Sequence record: SRR20825019_904
DNA: 32,293 nt
Direction: 5' to 3' (one strand)
The notes under the pieces were generated by a model that searched no databases, had not been told where the DNA came from, and was given only the letters and a program-made list of their open reading frames with translations. Shown piece after piece: positions 18,779 through 28,200 of the stretch (positions are counted from its first letter, which is position 1; every line of letters starts with the position of its first letter). The position numbers were made by a program, and so were the translations under genes.

Positions 18779-19468
18779 TTAAAGAAACGTTATAATACTT
18801 AAAAGATTGTCTACTTTAATCTGAGTATCAGGCACATTATCGTTATGCACGTCATAGTAAATAGATGTTATACCTAGGTTATTTGCGCCCAAGATATCTG
18901 CTTCATAACTATCACCAATCATTATACTATTATTTACAGTAGCGTTTGCCTGCTCAAGTGCATATTCAAAAATCTTTGGGTCTGGCTTCTTTACACCTAC
19001 CATTTCACTAGTGACAATCACATCAAAATAATCGTTTATTTTACTGTTATGCATTTTCTTTTGCTGCACCTCATTAAAACCATTTGTGATTATATGCAAT
19101 TTATAATTTGGTTTTAAATAGTTTAAAAGCTCAAACGTGCCTTCAAAAAGATGGTTAAATGATGAAAGATGCTCTATATAATCATTAGATAGTTTATAAA
19201 TAAGGGTGTCATTTATAGTGTAACCCAATTTATCAAACGTTTTTTTTAATCTACCATATCTTAATTCTTCTTTAGAAACTTGGTTGGTTCTGTACAATCT
19301 CCAATATTCAAAATTAATTGGACTGTAAACATTTATAAAATCATTAAATGATAGGTTTACTTTATTTGAATTGAAAATATGCTGAAATGTAAGTGCAGAG
19401 TTTTTTTCAAAATCCCAAAGGGTATGATCTAAATCGAAAAAAATATGCTTTTTATCTTTAAGTTTCAT
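18779..19468 (-). CDS. yjjG: YjjG-family HAD non-canonical pyrimidine nucleotidase
   Basis: FFDLDHTLWDF, IITNGF, KKPDPKIF, MIGDSYEADILGA. Confidence 0.85.
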   Translation of the reverse strand: MKLKDKKHIFFDLDHTLWDFEKNSALTFQHIFNSNKVNLSFNDFINVYSPINFEYWRLYRTNQVSKEELRYGRLKKTFDKLGYTINDTLIYKLSNDYIEHLSSFNHLFEGTFELLNYLKPNYKLHIITNGFNEVQQKKMHNSKINDYFDVIVTSEMVGVKKPDPKIFEYALEQANATVNNSIMIGDSYEADILGANNLGITSIYYDVHNDNVPDTQIKVDNLLSIITFL

Positions 19469-20744
19469 TAAGTTGAATTATTAAATCAAGATAAGCATTT
19501 GCTGTCGTTTGCGTTGAAAAATCTATATTATTAAACACCAAGTTCATTTCTCCTTCTAGCCTATTAATTGCAGATTTAACTTGTAGCAATTTTTCTGAAA
19601 CTTCTTTGAAATTTTCTGGACTTACACATAAACTATTAAATACATAAGGATGAAGCCTTACTGGTGTAACACGCTCTAAATTAATATCATAAAACAAGAA
19701 TGGAGAACACGTATTTGCTCTAAAACCAACATACTCTGGATATCCCATTGAAAACGTATGAGGAATTTCTAAATCTGCAATATGGTTTTGAGTTTCCGGT
19801 AAGTTCATAGGATACTTTGCATTAAGCATAGATTTAAGTGGCCTATTCATAATATTTTCCAAGCGTTTCTTTTCTTTTCTAAGCACAGATTTTTCGATAG
19901 TAGAGTTATGCCCAGATAACAATCCGACCTCATTATAATCTGCCATAGATTTAATAAGGGAATGAAAGTTTTTTCTGTTGTGGTTTACATTTCTATCCTT
20001 AGCAGAAAAGTCACTAAGCTGAAACATATATTTAAACTTGACATTATGTTTTTTAGAAAAATCTACTAGCTTCTCAAACACATCATAATCATCTTTCTTT
20101 AAAAACAAGAGGGTTCTCAACCTATTAAAAACTGAGCCTAGCCTAAGAGACACTAAATCTCTCAAACCTCCTACAACAGACCTCATTATGCCTTTTCGCT
20201 TGTATTTGTATGCTTCTTCTACAGCAACAATTGTACTAAGCTTAAATAATTTATTTTTAAATGTTATTGTATTAAAGCGTTCTTTTAGGACAGACCTAAA
20301 ACGTTCGACCCAAAAATCGACTACAGGTTGATGAATAAAATTAGATTTATAAGCTAAACTTTCTGTAGCAGGAAAACGGCCTTCACTATCTTTTACATGC
20401 GGTGAGTATTCTTCATAACGGCTCAATAAATAGAATGATGCTGCAAAAATATCAAACGGCAATGCACTCTTGTCTGTAACCTTAAAAAACCCGACTGTAC
20501 TGCCCCATTCTTGTACTGTAGGCTCTATATCACTAAAACCTTGTTCAAATAATAAAGGTACGTTTTGAAAAAACAATTCATTTCCTAAGGGTTGTCTTCC
20601 GTAAGACATTTTAGGACCATCATGACCAATAAAATCTTCTATTTTTGATGTAAACTTTACCTCTACTCCAAGCATATGCGTGCAGATATGCTTAAATGTA
20701 TAAACTATTCTTGGCGTTTGTTTTTTGGTGAAGACTAATAACAT
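19458..20744 (-). CDS. Polysaccharide-deacetylase-like (DUF7033-type) protein
   Basis: PFDIFAASFYLLSRYEEY..D..GRF and SMGYPEYVGFRANTCSPFLFYD, typical of this Bacteroidota family. The catalytic motifs look degenerate. Confidence 0.65.
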   Translation of the reverse strand: MLLVFTKKQTPRIVYTFKHICTHMLGVEVKFTSKIEDFIGHDGPKMSYGRQPLGNELFFQNVPLLFEQGFSDIEPTVQEWGSTVGFFKVTDKSALPFDIFAASFYLLSRYEEYSPHVKDSEGRFPATESLAYKSNFIHQPVVDFWVERFRSVLKERFNTITFKNKLFKLSTIVAVEEAYKYKRKGIMRSVVGGLRDLVSLRLGSVFNRLRTLLFLKKDDYDVFEKLVDFSKKHNVKFKYMFQLSDFSAKDRNVNHNRKNFHSLIKSMADYNEVGLLSGHNSTIEKSVLRKEKKRLENIMNRPLKSMLNAKYPMNLPETQNHIADLEIPHTFSMGYPEYVGFRANTCSPFLFYDINLERVTPVRLHPYVFNSLCVSPENFKEVSEKLLQVKSAINRLEGEMNLVFNNIDFSTQTTANAYLDLIIQLNET

Positions 20745-20750
20745 TGCGAA

Positions 20751-21446
20751 CTATAAGATACCATTGTCGGCAAAGCTAAAATACGCCTTTTGGGTTACAA
20801 TTACGTGGTCTAATACTTTAATGTCTAGACTCTGTCCTGCAAGTTTCAATTTCTCAGTAAGTTGCTTATCTGCTTGGCTTGCTTTTAAAGTGCCACTAGG
20901 ATGGTTATGAACCAAAATTATTGCAACTGCACCTACTTGTAAGACCATTTTAAATAACAGCCTAACATCTACCAAAGTACCCGTAATTCCTCCTTTGCTT
21001 AATTGCGTTTGTTGAATTACTTTATTGCTATTATTTAAGTATACAACCCAAAACTCTTCATGATCTAAATCTCCTATTATAGGTTGCATAAGCTCAAAGA
21101 CAGAGGCGCTTGATGTTATAACCTTACGCTCCAAAGCAGCTTCAAAACGTCTTCTTCGTCCTAACTCCATAGCCGCTACAATTGATATTGCTTTTGCTTC
21201 ACCAATGCCTTTATAACTTGTTAAGGTTTCTACAGATTGCTTACCTAACTCGTTTAAGTTATTATGAAAGTCTGCAAGAATACGTTTGCTTAACTCTACA
21301 GCACTTTCCTGTCTGTTTCCTGAGCCAATAAGTATTGCAATAAGTTCTGCATCACTTAATGCTGTTTTTCCTTTTAGGAGTAGTTTTTCTCTAGGGCGAT
21401 CGTCTAAGGCCCAAGTGGTAATAGGAAATGAAGATTTTCCTTCCAT
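20751..21446 (-). CDS. radC: RadC / JAB-domain protein (UPF0758)
   Basis: DRPREKLLLKG..LSDAELIAILIGSG, HhH-like KGIGEAKA, EEFWV, JAB motif HNHPSG..S..D, VLDHVIV. Confidence 0.93.
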   Translation of the reverse strand: MEGKSSFPITTWALDDRPREKLLLKGKTALSDAELIAILIGSGNRQESAVELSKRILADFHNNLNELGKQSVETLTSYKGIGEAKAISIVAAMELGRRRRFEAALERKVITSSASVFELMQPIIGDLDHEEFWVVYLNNSNKVIQQTQLSKGGITGTLVDVRLLFKMVLQVGAVAIILVHNHPSGTLKASQADKQLTEKLKLAGQSLDIKVLDHVIVTQKAYFSFADNGIL

Positions 21447-21535
21447 AATTAAAATTGCTTGTTTTAAAGATATGAAATTTATGAATGACTACATTTACAC
21501 TAGTTTTACCTAAACAGTTATAGTTTTAATTAATT

Positions 21536-22147
21536 ATGAGTTATCCACCTAAGCATTATCAGGAAACTAATTTTAATCACGTTATTTCTACTATTAAAGC
21601 CTATCCTTTAGCTACTGTGATTTCTGTAAAAGACGCCAAGGTATTAGTGACGCATTTACCACTAACCTACAAGGAAACCAAACAAGGCGCAGGCAAATTA
21701 ATTGGTCATATAGACAAAGCAAATCCGCAAACCTCATTACTATCTAATGGCAATCCTTGTACAATTATCTTTAATGGCCCAGATTCATATATTTCACCAA
21801 GTATTTTTGAAAGCAAACAATTACCTACTTGGAATTACATTAAAATACATATTGAAGGTAGTGTAAGTAAAATTGAAAATGCTAATGAGGTAAAAGAATC
21901 AATAGTAAATATGACTGCTCAACTAGAAGGTTTGGAACAAAAGTTTGTTTTAGACAAAAACGATGTAAGAATGGAGCGTTTAATAGATTTTATTGAAGGT
22001 TTTGAAGTAGACATTACTTCTTGGGAAGGCAAATTTAAAATAAGCCAAGACAAACCTAACGCTGAACAAATGCTTGCTAAAAGTGCTTTAGAAAACTCTG
22101 AACCAACACACAAACTAAATTACATTAACTCAATTTTTGACAGTTAA
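21536..22147 (+). CDS. PaiB-family FMN-binding negative transcriptional regulator-like protein
   Basis: YPP.HY, YPLATVI, THLP, GHIDKANPQ, GPDSYISPS, PTWNY, GKFKISQDK. Confidence 0.85.
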   Translation: MSYPPKHYQETNFNHVISTIKAYPLATVISVKDAKVLVTHLPLTYKETKQGAGKLIGHIDKANPQTSLLSNGNPCTIIFNGPDSYISPSIFESKQLPTWNYIKIHIEGSVSKIENANEVKESIVNMTAQLEGLEQKFVLDKNDVRMERLIDFIEGFEVDITSWEGKFKISQDKPNAEQMLAKSALENSEPTHKLNYINSIFDS

Positions 22148-22154
22148 CTGTACT

Positions 22155-23507
22155 CTATATTACAGACTTTAGCTCATTAAAATCTAAACCACCATAATTA
22201 CCACTACTCATTAATAGTAGTACACTATCCTTAAAGTCTTGTGCATATAAATACGTTTTAAAATCTGCTGGATTTGTAAAAATTACCAAGTCATCTCTTT
22301 TAAAAGCTTCATTAATCTGCTCTGCCTTCACCTCATCTAGCTGCTTAATTTGAACAGCATCTGGTGAGTAAAACACAATAGCTTTGTCTGCAGCATCTAA
22401 AGCTCCTTCATATTGGTCTAAAAATTCAGCATTTAAACTACTGTAGGTGTGCAACTCTAAACAAGCTACTAATTTGCGGTCTGGATATTGATTTTTTACT
22501 GCTTTTGTGGTTGCACTTACTTTACTAGGACTATGTGCATAATCTTTATAAACAACGGCATTATTATTTTCTGTAATTTTCTCAAGACGTTTAGAAGCAC
22601 CTTTAAAAGTTGATATTGCTTCATAGAATTCGTCTTCGTCTACGCCCATATGTTGGCATATCCATTTGGCACCTGCTAAATTATTAAGGTTATGAGCCCC
22701 AAATATTTCAATTGGCATAGGGCCTTCAGGAGTTTCTAATAATGTTTTACCATTCTCCACAGAGTAAGCTGCTGTTGTATACGCATGTTTGCGAGTTGGA
22801 GCTGTAGCCTCTTCTGCAACTTGCTTTACAGTTGGGTCTTCTTCGTTGTATACTAAAATACCACCTCGAGACATTGAATCTGCAAAGATTTTAAATTGCT
22901 CAACGTAGTTTTCAAATGTTGGAAAAACATTTATGTGATCCCAAGCAATACCGCTAAGTAATGCTATATTAGGTTTGTATAAATGAAATTTTGGTCGTCT
23001 GTCTATAGGTGAAGATAAATACTCGTCTCCTTCTAACACGATAAAATCATTTTCTTCTGTTAAGTGCACCATAGTATCAAAGCCTTCTAATTGCGCACCA
23101 ACCATATAATCTACCTCTTTATCATGGTAGTTCATAACATGCAAGATCATAGCTGTTATAGTAGTTTTACCATGTGAACCACCAATAACTACACGTGTTT
23201 TTTGTTTAGATTGTTCGTAAAGAAATTCTGGGTAGGAGTAAATTTTAAGTCCTAATTCTTTTGCTTTCAATAATTCTGGATTGTCTGCTTTTGCGTGCAT
23301 TCCTAATATTACAGCATCTAAAGAATTGGTTATACGTTCTGGAAACCACCCAAATGTTTCTGGCAGTAAATTATGCTTACTTAATCTAGATTTTGAAGGC
23401 TCGAAAATAGTATCGTCACTTCCTGTAACCTTATATCCTTTATGGTGTAATGCTAAGGCTAAATTGTGCATAGCACTTCCTCCTATTGCAATAAAGTGAA
23501 TATTCAT
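22155..23507 (-). CDS. Mur ligase family protein (Mpl/MurC-like peptidoglycan ligase)
   Basis: IHFIAIGGSAM, GSD, P-loop GGSHGKTT, LEGDEY, WDHINVF, HNLNN, DYAHSP. It stands outside a dcw cluster, which fits an Mpl-type recycling ligase. Confidence 0.85.
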   Translation of the reverse strand: MNIHFIAIGGSAMHNLALALHHKGYKVTGSDDTIFEPSKSRLSKHNLLPETFGWFPERITNSLDAVILGMHAKADNPELLKAKELGLKIYSYPEFLYEQSKQKTRVVIGGSHGKTTITAMILHVMNYHDKEVDYMVGAQLEGFDTMVHLTEENDFIVLEGDEYLSSPIDRRPKFHLYKPNIALLSGIAWDHINVFPTFENYVEQFKIFADSMSRGGILVYNEEDPTVKQVAEEATAPTRKHAYTTAAYSVENGKTLLETPEGPMPIEIFGAHNLNNLAGAKWICQHMGVDEDEFYEAISTFKGASKRLEKITENNNAVVYKDYAHSPSKVSATTKAVKNQYPDRKLVACLELHTYSSLNAEFLDQYEGALDAADKAIVFYSPDAVQIKQLDEVKAEQINEAFKRDDLVIFTNPADFKTYLYAQDFKDSVLLLMSSGNYGGLDFNELKSVI

Positions 23508-23551
23508 AATTTACAATTTGTTATATGATGATGTAAAAATAAAAAATGCAA

Positions 23552-23646
23552 GAGGGATTGAGCGCGTGTTTAAACTCTTTTTGCATTTGTTTGCAAAAAA
23601 GTGAGTAGCGAAAGCCCGACGCCATTTATAAATGGCGGCTTGCCCA
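23552..23646. ncRNA. Structured intergenic element resembling the Flavo-1 RNA/repeat motif
   Basis: GC-rich island. GGGAT(T) 23554-23559 can pair with AAGCCC 23612-23617; inner stem ACTCTTTTTGCA / TGCAAAAAAGTGAGT; perfect palindrome CGCCATTTATAAATGGCG 23620-23637; ends in GCCC. The family resemblance is from recollection, not a search, and the strand is uncertain. Confidence 0.6.
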
Positions 23647-23647
23647 A

Positions 23648-24607
23648 CTACATATCTAAAATTAGTGAGCGTTCTTGTAGTGCTTCTTTAAAGTCTGAAC
23701 GATCTTTTAAGGCTTCCTGAATCCAATATGAGGCTTTGCTCCTATTACCCATATGCCTATACATTTGTGCTTTTCTTAAATACGCCCAGTCTAACGGTAC
23801 GCCATCTTTTATGGAGTGGTTTAGTATATATCTGTCTGCATACACCAAACCAGTTTGTGGCTTAATATTATATTGGGCACAAATTTTTGCAATTTGGTAA
23901 TTAAGTTGATTCCTGTCATATTTTTTCAAGCTGTCTTCCAATGTATTTACAGCTTTTTCTGGCTCATTGTTTTCCTCGTAAAGTTTAGTTAGTTTCTCGT
24001 ACGTGTGAGGTGAGCCACCAATCTCTATAGCTTTTTTATAGTGTACTTCTGCATCTTTAGGTCTGTTACTGTATTCTGCTATATATCCTCTAGACAAGTG
24101 CCCATCTACAGGACTAATTTTATAAAGCTGCTCTGCATACTCCTGAGATTTAGACTCGCTTCCACCCAATATGCCTGGCAACTGTATATAAAGTTCAACC
24201 AAAGCCCATCTTACTTCTATATGGTTAGGGTCCAGTTTAGCTGCTTCATTTAAGTGGTACTTAATATCATCTATATAAAACACAGCTTTAACTTTATTCA
24301 TCTCAAGACATTTAAGCCCTAGTGAACCTCCATATTTAAAGTGATAATTGGCATTTTTTGGAGACGCGTCTAAAAGCTCTTTATAATAATCTAAAGCGGT
24401 GTCCCAATCTTTAGAGTGACCAGCAATATCACCAAGGTATTCCTTTGTTTGTTTGTGATTTGGATTTTCTTTGAGATAAGCCTGAAAGTAAGATTTAGCT
24501 GTATTATAGTTCTCTTTGTTAAATGATTGCAGTCCTTTTTCATAATTAGATTGCGCAACACCATTTAGCGAGAAGCAAAGTATGATTGCTAAAATTATAT
24601 ATCTCAT
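23648..24607 (-). CDS. Secreted tetratricopeptide-repeat protein
   Basis: Signal peptide ending GVA-Q; helical repeats with YLG..A..YY, LDPNH and PGILGGS patterns. Confidence 0.8.
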   Translation of the reverse strand: MRYIILAIILCFSLNGVAQSNYEKGLQSFNKENYNTAKSYFQAYLKENPNHKQTKEYLGDIAGHSKDWDTALDYYKELLDASPKNANYHFKYGGSLGLKCLEMNKVKAVFYIDDIKYHLNEAAKLDPNHIEVRWALVELYIQLPGILGGSESKSQEYAEQLYKISPVDGHLSRGYIAEYSNRPKDAEVHYKKAIEIGGSPHTYEKLTKLYEENNEPEKAVNTLEDSLKKYDRNQLNYQIAKICAQYNIKPQTGLVYADRYILNHSIKDGVPLDWAYLRKAQMYRHMGNRSKASYWIQEALKDRSDFKEALQERSLILDM

Positions 24608-24657
24608 AGGTTTCTTAACGTAAATTGGGGATAAGTATTATAAATAACTAATACAGA

Positions 24658-25179
24658 TTATTCTTTAGGTGGATAGCTTTTAAGCATTTTTGAAATTAAT
24701 TTCTTAAAGTAATTTAACTTGTATTCTGGAGAGGTGTTTAAATTAAACTTTTGTTCTGAAACTGCTTGCCAAATAAGATCATCTGAAGACTCATCTATAA
24801 TATCCAGCGTAAGTTTAAGAAAGTTAACTCTACTCTTACCTAACGGAATGCCACCAGAAACGCCAACGCCTACATTACCGCCACCACCAAAACCAATACC
24901 AATTGTGTTTGGGTTTACATCTTCATACTGTAAAGTATATACATTTATATAAAGATCTGGAAATCTTGATTTAGTAATTCCTTTTTCCTTTAAAGCATCA
25001 TCTAAAGCACTATATAATCGCTTTTCATCTAACTGGCTCAAGTTTGTTTGTATGTCTGGAAAAATATTATACGTCGTAAAGGTTGAAAAATTTGCTTCAC
25101 TATCATAATCTACAATTGGCTTAGGACCACCGCAAGACATTACTAATAGTGCAACAAAAAGTAAACTTAAACCTCTCAT
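24658..25179 (-). CDS. DUF4136-family lipoprotein
   Basis: Lipobox LVMS-C; VDYD...FSTFTTY; Gly-rich GIGFGGGGNVGVGVSGGIP; LDIID....LIWQA; ends YPP. Confidence 0.8.
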   Translation of the reverse strand: MRGLSLLFVALLVMSCGGPKPIVDYDSEANFSTFTTYNIFPDIQTNLSQLDEKRLYSALDDALKEKGITKSRFPDLYINVYTLQYEDVNPNTIGIGFGGGGNVGVGVSGGIPLGKSRVNFLKLTLDIIDESSDDLIWQAVSEQKFNLNTSPEYKLNYFKKLISKMLKSYPPKE

Positions 25180-25226
25180 AGTTTTTAATTTTTAGTAAAT
25201 GTATTCAAAAATTAAACCAAGATTGT

Positions 25227-28200
25227 TTAATCTTTTATTATTCGTTTTATAAATTTTCCTTGTTGGGTTGTAACTGTCACAAAGTAAACACCTTTAGTTA
25301 GAGAAGTTAAATTAATAGAGGTGTTCTTTGAGGTTAATAAACGTTGCCCCGTTAACGTTGTTACTACTATAGATGTGACTGTATTACCTGAAACAGTTTC
25401 TACATTTAAATTCGAATTTACTGGATTAGGATAAAGCAATATATTTTTGGGCATACTAGTTTCTGGGACACTAAGTGGCGCCACTACCTCTGTAGTTACA
25501 GTGTTGGTGATGATTGGCTCATTAAAATCGAAAAAGATATTTGCAGTATTTTCTACAGACTCTCCTAGTGTAAGGCTTGCTACTGGCTTTATCCTAAATG
25601 CAACATACCCGTTACTACCTTCTGAGTCATCTTGTTCTGCAGGAAGAAATATATCTTCAAAAATAAATTTTACAATGTTTCCAGCTTCTACCTCTAATCT
25701 GTACTCATGACTAGAAGCTACTGCTTTTAAAGTTCCCCATTGTAAATTATTAGATAATGTATCTGTTACTGTTATATTTACAGCACTTGCTGTACCTGTA
25801 TTTTGGAAACGCACCAGGTAATCTAAATAATTAGGCACTTCTGCTTCTAAAATACTTTCGCCTTGTGTTACTTGCTTGTCATTTGGATCAAAAGAATTTA
25901 CTACTATTTGCTCGAAAACCTGACTATTATCTTCTGGAATAGCATCATTTGAGTTTGGAGATATTGTTATTGTGTAGCTTAGGATATCGTCTCCATTAAC
26001 TGTTGGTGGCTGAAAAATGTCTGTAGTAAACACAATAGAGCCACTTTGAAATGGCTGCAAGTTGCTAAAACTCCAAGTTACCATATTACTAGTTACTGAA
26101 GTCTCTTGAGGTGTACTACTAAGGTAATTCATCTTAGTATCTTCAAACATTAAAGTTATAGTGGGATTTAAAACTGTAGTACCGTTATTCTCAAAATTGA
26201 TTAAATAATCTGTTTCAAAACCTGGTCGCGCTTCTTCTAATGGAAAAATTGAAACTGCTAGATCGTCAAAAGAACTTGAAGATGTTAGGCAGAAATCTGC
26301 AGTTACCTCTGTTTCAGATTCTGTGAATAAAACAGTTTGACTTGCAGGAGAAAACGAAACATCACTTGGTAAAGATTGTTCATTTATATATACCGTATAT
26401 TCATTATCAGATAATAATAACACATAGTTACCATTACTATCTGTAAGTGTTGATAGTATTCCGTTTGAATTTTCTACACTAACAAGAATACCTTCTGATG
26501 GTGCGTTTCCTGTACTACAGCCATTGTTATCTATATCGAAAGAAATAGTTCCTGTAAGAGAGTTAACAACACCTATACAGCCTTGTTCAATTTCTTGTAA
26601 TGAATTACAACCTGTTGCGTTATTGGCAATATTAAAATTTGTATTTCCCGCTGCAATGGCCAGACAAAAGCTCTCTATACTACAATTAGACAATGCGGAA
26701 TTATCTATAATTTGCACATTTCCTACTACAGTTGCATTTTCCAAGCTATTAATATTAAATAATAAAGGGTTTCTTTCAATACTAATAGAACTAACTTGAG
26801 TAGTAGTTTCTAACCCATTTAAGTTTGTGATATTAGGATTATCTTCAATAGCTATGCTTGATGTTACAGCAATTGAACCTTGCGTTAATGGTTGTTGTAC
26901 ATTAGGACTAAGCGTAAGCCTTAATGCTGCAACCTGTATATCACCAACACCATCTAAATTAACCATTGTCTCGTTAAGACCTACGGTAAGTGACTCAACA
27001 TATTGAAGGTTAGATAAACCATTCAAGTTGGGTAACATATCGTTAGTATTTATAATAAAGGAATTTTGAACGCTCTCTAAATTTTGCAACCCATTTAGTG
27101 ATGTTATACCATTTCCGCTAAGACCGATAAATGAGGTTGAAACAATATTCTCTAATCCAGTGAGATCTGTTAACAGAGCATTGTCCACTATTTCAATTTC
27201 TTGCATCCCTTCAAGTTCACTTGTTAATGCTATTGACGACATTGATGGATTATCTGTAACAGCTAACTCTTGAATAGTAGTGCTACCCAAACCATCTAAG
27301 TTGATCAAATCCTCATTAAACTCTACAACTAATGTCATTACACTCTGTAAATTGGTGAGGCCTGTAAGGTTAGGTAATATAATATTAGAAGCTATAGTTA
27401 AAAACCCTGTTACCTCAGTTAAATTTTCTAAGCCCACTAAAGAAGAAATAGTATTGCTACTAATTGAGACATTACTTAAGCTTGTTGTTGTTTCAAGTCC
27501 TTGTAAGTTATTTAGGTCGTCGTTTAACAAAACCTGCAAGCTTTCTGTCACCTGTAATGTATTTGTTGTCGCAATTTGCTGTAGTACAGGATTATTGCTT
27601 ATAAGGACAAAAGACAAGGTAGCATCAGGCAATCCATTAAGGTTAGTTAGGCTACTATTATTATTAACTTCTAAACTTTCTATAATTACTAGATTATCTA
27701 AACCTGTAAAGTTTGTAATATTTGGAGATTGTATAATTCTGAAAAAATCACTTATCTCCACAAGATTATTTAATCCAGTAAATGATGTTATGGCGTTGTT
27801 TGAAAGGCGAAGATCTTGAAGGTGAGTTGTCTCTTCTAAGCCAGTAAAATTATCCAAGGAAGTATTATTATTCACTTCTAAATTTACAGTAACATTTATG
27901 CTCGTCGTTGTAGAAATTTCAGACATAGCAACATTAGAGCTTATACCTAAATTATCAACAGTAAGCATTCCAACCCCATTTAAATTTTGGAGATTATTAT
28001 TTTGGTTTACACTTAATCCGCGAGCTAAGGTTAAGCCTCCAAGACCAGATAAGTTTAAAAGAGCGTCATTGTCATTAATTGCTGCAGAAAATGTTACGGT
28101 TGTGAGGTTATCTAATCCTGAAAGAGAAGTTATAGGGTTATTACTAATCTCTAAAACTTGTAACATTGTTGTTCCTTCAAAACCTTCTAAACTAACTAAT

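Noticed and set aside
20751-21446. radC as a marker of a mobile element or anti-defence island
   Set aside because: It is the full-length form with N-terminal and HhH regions in a housekeeping operon, with no integrase, att site or compositional shift seen.
25184-25216. TTTAATTTTT / AAAAATTAAA inverted repeat between the LRR and DUF4136 genes
   Set aside because: All A/T and likely by chance in this genome; too weak to call a terminator.
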